Source: the human T2T-CHM13v2.0 reference genome, Homo sapiens
Length of the DNA stretch: 64,000 nt
Strand: one strand, 5' to 3'
Assembly (NCBI RefSeq): GCF_009914755.1
Contig: NC_060926.1
Numbering within the stretch: the stretch's first letter is position 1; each line of letters starts with the position of its first letter. This document shows positions 54,150 to 64,000 of this stretch, piece after piece. Made by a program: the position numbers and the translations under genes. Below the pieces are notes generated by a model that was given only the letters and a program-made list of their open reading frames with translations, searched no databases and had not been told where the DNA came from.

Positions 54150-54830
54150 AGGTTGTTGTCATCACACTTTCTGATCTCCAGTGGTCTGAAAGGTGAGAGG
54201 TGATATCTTAGTATCATTTTAGTGAAGTTCAGATGTCCCTTTTCATCAGTTTGAAGGCCTTATATTTTCTTACCTGGTTTTCCTTGGCCCACGGTTTTCT
54301 TGGTGTGTTGGTCTTTTCTTGTGTCAAGTTTATTTAAGAAGCTCTCGCTGTGTCCTGTCTGTCCTTCGTGTCCTAAGTTGCAAATGTTTTCTCCTAGCTT
54401 TTTATTTGTCTTTGGAATCTATCTGTGGTATATTTTATCATGTAAGAAAATTTTTTATGTTTATGTAGTTGAATTCATCCCTCTTTTATGGTTTCTGGAA
54501 TTTGAGTCCTAGGTTTAAAAAAAAAAAAGTTCTTCCTTCAGGGTTATAAAGGGTGTTTTCCATATGTCCTTCTATACTTTTACTTTTTCATTGTAAATCT
54601 TGGATACCTTTGGAATTTATCCTGTTGTGGGCGTGAGATGTGGCTCCAGCTTTCTTTCAGATGGCCAACCAGAGTACCCCATGGCCATTTATTGAGAAGG
54701 CTGTCTCTTCCCTGGGGACTTGACTTGAGATAGTGCCTTTATCATACACTGAATTCCCAGAGGCCTCTGGGTCTGTTTCCCATGTTCCTGCTTCCTAGTG
54801 TTTCGTTAGTCTGTCTATCTGCCACACCAA
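54150..54830 (-). mobile_element. Old L1 (L1ME-like) fragment
   Basis: GTTGCAAATGTTTTCTCCTAG and CCATTTATTGAGAAGGCTGTCTCTTCCC...GCCTTTATCATACACTGAATTCCCA. Confidence 0.65.
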
Positions 54831-55489
54831 ACACGAGCTGATGAGTTATTTGAAAACTTCCTATTTTAAAGCAGAAAAACAAAACGGAATACCACTATAT
54901 GAAAGCCTATAAAAAGCTAATTACCATGTTTACATAAATGGTACAATAGCAGCCCAGAGGTCACTGGGTTGTTTTGGCATGGAGGGATGCTTCCCTCTAC
55001 CTCAAGCCTAAAAGTGGTTAAGATAGATCCATTTCAAGAAGCCATTGGTCCTTACCTGGCCTTCCCCTCCGCCATCTTGCCACTATGTTCTTGGCTATGG
55101 AGACAGGATCAGGGAATTTGATTGAAAATCATTAATGACATAACTTTTTTTTTTAACAGTGAGAGAAACACTCAAACACTACATTTTGCAAAGTTTGTAA
55201 GAATCCCTCCCAAGAGTTTCCTTTGGTCAGCGTAGCTTCTGGTAATAAGGAAATCTGTCATTTGGAAACACCATCTTTGTTCATGTGGTATCATTAGATG
55301 TGTCTTTGCACCAGCATTTGACAGAGACCATGACAGTTTTCCTCCTGAGCCCTTACTTTGTGAGAAGAGAGGGTCAGTGCAGCCATGTAGCCTGGCTGCA
55401 CCGTATAGTCTGGCTCTCCCTGGTCTCCGGCACGGGGGCCACATGCCCAGGGTGAACACCAAGGAAGGGATCCTGAGTCCCCAGGCTCC

Positions 55490-55665
55490 GGTTCCAACTG
55501 CACACCTTGTTCTCTGTCCTCCCTGTGCACGCCACCTAATTCTCTGCTGTGAACGGGGTAATGAGGTGTTGTCTTGTTGTAAAGATTGATTGAGATAGTG
55601 CATAAAGAGGGCCTAGTCTGGTCTGTGGTACCCAGGATAGGGTTGGTAAATGATTGCCATTAGCA
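55490..55665 (+). mobile_element. MIR fragment
   Basis: TTGTTGTAAAGATTGATTGAGATAGTGCATAAAGAG...GGTAAATGATTGCCATTA. Confidence 0.5.
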
Positions 55666-55849
55666 TTCATCTGTTTCCTTTCCTCTTTAGAGCATGAAAT
55701 TCTGAGGTGCACAGTTCCTGAGCTTTAAACTTGAGTGCTGGAGGCCAAGGAAAATAGAATACAATTCAGGATTACGTAAGAGTGGCATATGTGTGTGTGA
55801 TTAGCCCATAGAAGGCGGAAACCCAGCTGACATGGGGTTAGTCTCAAAG

Positions 55850-57460
55850 TTCTACTAAGGCCTAAGAACAAGAAACATTCATCCTGTTTTTGGTCTGTTT
55901 GAGATAAATGGACCGAGAGAGTGGGTTTGGTGCTTGGTTTCTGATGGGACCAGTTGCAGGAGCACAGTTGATCAACTGTCATGAACGTCTGTGTTTTGTT
56001 TTGTTTGTTAAAAAGAAGAATCTTGAAAGTAGAGGCTTCAGAACAAATGTCGTGAAGAAGGAATTGAAGCTCAACATGGGAAAAAGTGAGTGGGAGAGCA
56101 CCTTGCTGCTTTTCAATCCAAGCTCGAGGTTCCATGGGATTACATGCCTGTCCAGGTGGTTGGCAGAAGCCCCTTTAGTATTCTTTGAGGGGTCTTGAAG
56201 GAGAGGAGAAGTGTCAGAAGATTGGAGACAGGCAAATGTTCTAATTTTCTAAACGCAGAAAAAAGCAGAAGCAGGGAAGAGATACTTAAACAGGTTACTG
56301 AATGGAGGTGAAAGCTGGGCGTGCTGAGCCCGTCAGCATTTGTTCTCTTTGATGCAGTGTGGCTTGATGTCTGCAGGGTGTCTGGTGAGGTTGGACCCTC
56401 TTAGGTGAGTGTCCCATAAATCTGTGGTGTTAATATGCCTCCTTACCCTGGGACCTCCCCTCCAACCCTGCTCACTGGCTAGAGGCCTGCCGGGCTGTCA
56501 TCTCCTTGGGGACAGGACTGTGATCATTTGCCCCCTTGTTGGACGTCATTGTAGGGATCCCCCAGCCCCAGCCCTTACGTCTGTTGACCAGCTCACTCGG
56601 CTTGCCTCCCCCCTTCCCCATGTCATCGTGTGCACCAGCACGTGGTTGAGGGATGTGCTTTTTTCTTTTTTTTTTTTTCTCCTCACAGTCTATTTACACA
56701 AAACCAGTGCACAACGTTAACAGATAAGAAGAAAGACTGAGGGACAAAGCATGACAGAGACCTTTGTCACGTGCTGGCTGTAGCAGTCGAGTGAGGAGAG
56801 GGGCCCATGGCACAAGGAAAGCTGGAGTTAGGGGGAGGGATGGTCTGACCTGCATCCGCATTGTCTTGCTGCCTCCTGCTTGGCTTCTTACCTACCCTGT
56901 GAGAGCAGCCTCGGGATTGTTCTTTGGCAGGCTCATCTCAAGGGCTGGGTGTTTGGGGACAGAGTGGCCCTCGGCTCAGTCCCTTTAATAATGAGAGTCA
57001 TTTTCGTGTCCACTCGGGGGAACAAAGTGACATTTTCTGTGAGTGTGCACCAAAAGCACATGGGACTTTACAGGGCGCTTTTTAGAGTATCTGGCTCTAG
57101 AGTTAGTCGTCTTGCTGAGAGAAAGTGATGGAGCTGGCATTGCATTCCAAAGCCAGTGTGCATTCACCAGCTCAGGCTGCAGGCCCATCTCCCTGCATGG
57201 AGAACTGTTTTGTAGATTGGTAGCGATTGGACAGCCATGCCCTGTCACCTGCTGGTTCAGTGCTCCTCCAGGAAGGCCTCAACTGCCTACTGCCTTTGAC
57301 CATGATTTGTACAGCAGCTTGGATGAAGAGCTGGAAACCTGCTTATCAGATTTGCAGACGATGCATGGTTAGAGCAATGGGGACCATCTGGGAGTGAGCC
57401 AGGATTTAGGACTCTTGAGAAGCTGAACAATGGACGGAAACTGATGTGATGAAGTGGAAC
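55850..57460 (+). mobile_element. CR1/L3 LINE reverse-transcriptase fossil (fragmented)
   Basis: Collinear translated motifs LAEAPLVFFEGS*RRGEVSEDWRQANVLIF* (~56160), DAVWLDVCRVSGEV (56351) and SLDEELET + LIRFADDAWL (57342), matching CR1 ORF2 motifs IAEPLSIIFERSWRTGEVPEDWRKANV, DVVYLDFSKAFDTV and DLDEGIECTLSKFADDTKL. Confidence 0.8.
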
Positions 57461-57612
57461 GGGAAGATGTGCACACACCCTCTACCTGTACTCAGAAATC
57501 ACTTGCTCAAATGTGGTGTGGGAGGCTGGGCCCACTGTGCAGGGATGGTGCTGTCTGCAGAGGCATCCTTAACATGCCTTTAGCATTTGCATTTCCATTT
57601 TCCATGGACATC

Positions 57613-58029
57613 TGTCTTAGTCTGTTTGCATTACTGTAAAGGAATACTTGAGGCTGGGTCATTTATAAAGAAAAGGGTTTATTTGGTTCACGGTTCTGCA
57701 GGAGGTACAGGAAGCATGGTGCCAGCATCTACTTCTGGTGAGGACCTCAAGCTGCTTTCCACTCATGGCAGAAGGTGAAGGGGGCCGATGGGTAGAGATC
57801 CCATGGCGAGAACACGGAAGCAAGAGAGAGAGGAGGGATGTGCCAGGCTCTTTTTAACCATCACTTCTTACAGGAACTAAATAGAGTGAGAACCCACTCA
57901 TCACCACGAGGAAGGCACCATGCATGAGGGATCCGCCCTCGCGATGCAGACACCTCCCTTAAAGCCCCACCTCCAACACTGGGGATCAGATTTCAACATG
58001 AGAAGGAGTCAGATATTCAAACGGTAGCA
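57613..58029 (-). mobile_element. MSTB-like MaLR solo LTR
   Basis: TG...CA ends, exact 5-bp TSD ACATC, TTCACGGTTCTGCAGG...CATGGCAGAAGGTGAAG and CCCCACCTCCAACACTGGGGATCAGATTTCAACATGAG motifs. Confidence 0.93.
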
Positions 58030-58119
58030 ACATCCTTGTTTGCCCCCATGTGTCACATACATGGGCCATGGATGATGACTGATCATCTGGAATTCCCCTT
58101 TTTTGTCGCTTGCCACCCA

Positions 58120-58238
58120 GTTGTCTGTTTCATCTGCTGCTTTCTCGGGGGTGAGGTGGTGTCAGTGATGTCTGTTGTGTGTATAGCACCAAGCACAGTG
58201 CTAGCAGGGGTTCAGTAAATACTTGTTGGATGAATTAA
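58120..58238 (+). mobile_element. L2 3' end
   Basis: AGCACCAAGCACAGTGCTAGCAGGGGTTCAGTAAATACTTGTTGGATGAAT. Confidence 0.6.
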
Positions 58239-61065
58239 CTTGAAGTCTTTCTAGAAGAGAGCAATATTGGGATGGTGAGGTTTAGCAAACCTTGTTGTCA
58301 TTTTTCAAATTGATGGTTTTCCTTAGAGAAGAGATTATAGTTCCCCTAGCTTTGAAGGTCAGTCTTGGGAAAGCAAGGTTAGGCTTATTTTCTACTGTAT
58401 CACAAATTAGTGTTTATCTAAGATAGTTGTTAATATAAACATTTATTCTGCTTGTCTCCATCAAATTTTTAAATTCTAAGGCAGATATTTTAGATAGCAC
58501 ACATGTGTTTTAGAAGTTACCTAGAAAAGTTTAGCTGCTGTTTTTTATAGGCACGTTTTCTTGCAGCAGATATCATAAATAGGCACTGCTATGTAGTCTC
58601 CTATTTGACTTTGAACTCTAATTAGGCTGAGCTCCTTAAGAAGGGCCACTTCTGTGCTGTGCCTTATGTATGTACAGCATTTGCACACAGCAGTTGTGCA
58701 ATACATTTTCATTGAATACGTGTGACTGATTTCATTCTACCAACAAGGTGACTGCTATTGTCTCCAAGGAAACCTAGTTTCTGAGGTTAATTAGCAGCCT
58801 TCAATTTCTACAGCTAGGAAAGTGCGGAACTGGCATTAGCATCCAGTTTCAAAGCAAGTCCTCATGCCCCTGCATCATGTGCAGAGACATTGCCAGCTTC
58901 ACACCCAGGTTAGTCGTCTTTCACACTTGTGGTCCAGTTATGAGGGTTTAGAGAATAAGGCTTTCTGGAATTGGCTCTTCTTCAGTTTCTCTTATTTTCT
59001 CTAGAGTAGTGATTCTGAATGGGGCTGGGCCTCATAACCACCTAGAAGCTTTTATAAACTGCAGATGTTCTAATTAAGTAGGTCTCAGGTAGGGTCCGTT
59101 TGGAATGAATAGTCAGCCCAGAGTCTTTCTGTTTCTGGAATATGTGGTTAAAACAGTCCTGGTTCTGGCTGTTGCATGAAAGCTGAGGATACTATGTGCC
59201 TTGTGAGTTGTGAATCTGAGTCATGGATTGCAAGACAGAGGAGTAAATTAACACGTTGAGTGCATCTCTGCCATCCCTCTCCCTCTCAGTTAGGTTTTGG
59301 CTTTGCTTGCCCATTTTTTACGGGGCAAATTATATACATAGAGGCAGTGGCGACTCTCAGGATTTACTAATTTCAAGGGTGTACTCTGTAAGGGGTTGGT
59401 TGAGTAAAATTTTGAGTCTAGAGAAAGCTTGAGATGTTTTCTGGGCCTGTTTCCTCACTGCACAAAATTTCATTGTGAAGCTGAAGTTGATCATTTCAAA
59501 ATGTGTGTAAATGAACGGACCAGCGCTTTTCTTTGATGTTTGCACTGGATGAGGATTATCTGAGAAGACCTGGTGGACGAGAAAATGGGTTTGACTTTTT
59601 GCCAGATGGTCACTGAATGTCTTTTCTGTCTTTGTGCCCAGTTAAAAGGCTAGGCATGTAGGTTTTCATGCTCTTGTCTGGTTTTGGCTTTGGAAGTGCT
59701 TACACAGCTAATCTGGCATTTATGATGATTTCCACTTTGAGCTCAGCAGGAGGCTCTTTGGGGATATTCAGACAGAAATGGCTTAATTGGATTTCAGCCC
59801 AGACACAGTATTTGAATGGCTTTATGGATGGCATTAATTGGGCAGCTGCCATAGGAAGTCATATATATGCTCCTGAGCTTTAGAATTTAGAATTACTCTT
59901 TGATTCTGTCCCTCTTCATTGACTGCTTGCAAATTTATTTATTGAATGAAATACTCAAGAAAACTAAACTTATAGCCTTGAAATTAAGAAATATGATATG
60001 TAAGAACCATTGTTTGGTTTTGGCATAGGTATGTTATTATCTGTATTTAAGGCTCCACGTTGATATTCATGGCCTGGCCTAGAGGCACAGTGGTGTTAGG
60101 GATTCAGTGTGTCTTAGATTGCAAACTGGGGGACAAGGATTCAATCAGGGCCTAACATGGCACTAACTGCTGCAGGGTACTGGATAGTCACAGCTGATCT
60201 TATAGATGGAACTAAGGAAGTGGAAGTTTATTGAACCATAAATGGGGGAGAAGAGTCATTTTATCCAGAGCCTGCCATGGGCCTCCCCATATGGGTATCA
60301 GGACATGAAAAAGTTGCAGTCCCTTCCCAGAGGCTCTTCCTATCTGGACAGTTTTGTAAATGACAGTTGATATTATAAAATAGTGCTTTTTATGGGCACG
60401 GAGGCCGGTCTCCTAGAAGAGAGCACGTTTGAGTTCCTTCCTGAATGGTGAGTTGGATTTGATTGCACGATGGCATTGGGAAGCTGAGGTGCAAAGATGT
60501 TCCCAGTACGGGGAGGAAATAGCAGACGCGAGGGCAAAGAGTTATGAAAGGGTCCAGCGTTTGAGGAGAATGTGGATGAACATACCTTGACCATTTTAGG
60601 AATATTTAAAAACTAATTGTACTTTAAGAACTAAGTATTCTTAAAGCTAAACATACTTTAAAAACACAGTGATAGTAAAATTTCTATTTAATTGGAATAA
60701 TAATAAATTTGTTTTCTATAAGTTAAATTTTTATAACTATTAGCCTTTTAAAATTTCATTTATTTTTAAAATTAAACATTTTAAATTAAATTTCCCGAAC
60801 TTACTCATAACCAAAATTTTGTACCCATCCACCAAAATCCCCCCATTTTCCCTACCTTCCAGCCCCTGTTAACTACCGTTCTACTCTCTATTTCCATGAA
60901 TTTGACTTCTTTAGATTCCACATATAAATGAGATCATTCAGTATATGTCTTTCTGTACCTGGCTTACTTCAGTTAGCATGATGTCCTCCCAGTTCATCTG
61001 CGTTATTGCAAATGGCAGGATTTCCCTTTTTAGGATTGAATAATATTCTTGTGTGTGTATATATA

Positions 61066-61849
<784 letters not shown>

Positions 61850-62923
61850 TAAATGGAAAATTTTAAATTTCCTTTTTATTCCACATTTGATGGAATTTTA
61901 TGGAATTCATTTATGGGACACTGTAATATCTATGTGAATATCTGCTACTTAATGAGGGAAAAAAAATCACGTTGATTCAGTGCTTATCAGAGGAAGAGGA
62001 TAACATGCAGTGCGGTATTTTCAGTTTCTTAGAAGCAAATCCCATTCCATAGGGGGCTTCGCAGTTACCAGTAATTTACAAAATTAAAAAAAACCCAACC
62101 AACCATCCTACAGAATCTTTCTGAACCTTTTTCTCCAGAGTTTCTTTGTTCTCTACACTTGCAGGTACTTCTCAGATGCCCGTGGTCATGGGGTGATCTT
62201 AGTCTTTCTTAGCCCATCCCTTTGTCTAATTGCTGTAAGACATCCTATCCCACACCCTCATGCTGAAGAGTCCTATTGTGACTTTTCAAATGACCCGTGA
62301 TGTAATGTGGAATGAAGGTAGAGTCTGAGTAACACTTGGAATCCCTGGAGTACTAAAGTTTGTATCAGCCCTTGTAGCCTGCTCCCTGGAGGACCCAGCT
62401 GCCTAATCCTGAGTTCATTAGAACCTGGGCCCTGACCGGAACAGCTCACTCTGGGTGTTACTGTCCTGTGACGCACCTGCGTGGGAAGGGCCGCCCTCGC
62501 AGACATCATGTTCTCTCTAAGATTCATAGGTGGTTCTAAAATCACACCCAGGTGCTCTCCTCGAAGGGCAGGGGAAATAAAGGTTTTGAGGTTTCTGATT
62601 TGATTAATTCTGGGCTATGGGAAAGCCCTCCGATTTATATATGACAATACAAGTTGTTCTTTGTAGCAATAAAAAGTGCAAATTTTCCTTCCTAGGGAAA
62701 AAATTATTTAGTAGCATACAGCTGATATCTATGTAATTTGAGAAGTGTAAAAATGGCATTATGTTTCTCAATAGGGTCACTTGGGGACATAAAATGCCTC
62801 CTTCCTAGGGTGGTGTGAGGGTGACCATCAGTGACACCAGCCTCTTGGAGTTGGAGTCACGCTGGGCAGCCCTTGAGCCCCTGCGGAGGCTGATCTGACC
62901 CACAAGGTAGTTGTTTTTTTCAA

Positions 62924-63243
62924 CCTCTCTCCTTTTTTTTTTCTCTTTTCTTTTTTCCTTCCTTCCTTCCTTCCTTCTTTCCTTCCTTCCTTCCTTCCCT
63001 CCCTCCCTCCCTTCTCTCCCTCCCTCCCTCCCTTCTCTCCCTCCCTCCCTCCCTTCCCTCTATCCCTCCCTCCCTTCCCTCTATCCCTCCCTCCCTCCCT
63101 CCCTTCTCTCTCTCCCTCCCTCCCTTCTATCTCTCCCTCCCTCCCTCCCTTCTATCTCTCCCTCCCTCCCTCCCTCCCTTCTCTCTATCTCTCCCTCCCT
63201 CCCTTCTCTCTATCTCTCTCTCTTTCTGTCTCTCTCTGTCTCT
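62924..63243 (+). repeat. Complex (TTCC)n/(TCCC)n/(CT)n polypyrimidine tandem repeat
   Basis: 138 consecutive pyrimidines at 62924-63061, continuing with rare purines; higher-order units of ~20-27 nt. Confidence 0.95.
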
Positions 63244-63516
63244 GATGAAGTCTCCCTCTGTTGCCAGGCTGGAGTGCAGTGTGCGATCTCAGCTCACTTT
63301 AGCCTCCGCCTCCTGGGTTCAAGCCATTCTCCTGCCTTAGCCTCTTGAGTAGCCGGGACTACAGGTGTGTACCGCTATGCCCAGCTAGTTTTTGTATTTT
63401 TGGTAGAGACAGGGTTTCACCATGTTGGCCAGGATGGTCTTGATCTGACCTCATGATCCACCCACCTTGGCCTCCCAAAGTGCTGGGATTACAGGCGTGA
63501 GCCACTGTGCCTGGCC
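63244..63516 (-). mobile_element. AluSc-like; its tail has expanded into the CT repeat
   Basis: TGTTGCCAGGCTGG and GGCCAGGATGGTCTTGATCT Sc-type features. Confidence 0.93.
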
Positions 63517-64000
63517 TCTTTCTTTGTTTCTTAAGAAAAGAACATTACATCATTCAATGCTTAAGATGATTTTGTAACTTTCAGCCTTAAATTTTCATAT
63601 ACCTTATTCCAGTTGGAAAAGTAGAATGAGGCTTTTCCTTTCTTCTGGAAAGTCTTCAAAAGGGCCATGGACCCTGTAGAAAATCCCATTTGAAAATGAC
63701 AGCCTGGAAAGAGCTAAGGACAAGGGCTGGACTCCCTGATACATTAGCACCTCTAACTTGTTTCATTTACTAAATCACGGATTAATCGGGTGGTTCTCAG
63801 TGCCAAGCACATAGTCAGTGCTGGATCCCTGCTCTTGAGAAAGGATCTTTCATCGAAGGAGCCCCCAGGAGTAACCACCAGTTTACTACAAATGCCAGGG
63901 CTGGGGAGCACGTGAAAAACACCAGAGGGATGGAGTGCCACGTGACTGCAGGGTGGATCACCCAGCGTCTTCAATGCATTGTCATTAAAATAAAATCGAC

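Noticed and set aside
62911-63348. 145-aa Pro/Ser/Leu-rich ORF
   Set aside because: Artefact of the stop-free CT repeat plus Alu.

Overview
Primate, very probably human, genomic DNA. The window opens in a CpG island at a non-coding first exon (about 1-370) with a pure (GCC)15 repeat, a 19-bp tandem duplication and a canonical donor (GAG|GTAAGC). The remaining ~63.6 kb reads as one long first intron with no recognisable protein-coding exon. From memory the exon matches the 5' UTR of NCK2; this is moderate confidence and unverified. The intron holds 21 Alu/monomer copies, MaLR and ERV solo LTRs, MER DNA transposons, L1/L2/MIR fragments, a CR1/L3 reverse-transcriptase fossil and several microsatellites. 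Repeat subfamily names come from remembered consensus sequences, and old-element boundaries are approximate. No entry in the ORF track looks like a real gene, and I cannot support a wholly new biological system here. The best leads are regulatory or RNA-level: the stop-free GCC-repeat exon with near-cognate starts, a compact G4/E-box/TATA-MEF2 module beside a CTCF motif at ~24.5-24.9 kb, a ~340-nt AG-free pyrimidine tract before an Alu cryptic exon, other Alu exonisation candidates, close inverted Alu pairs, and a hairpin followed by T17.
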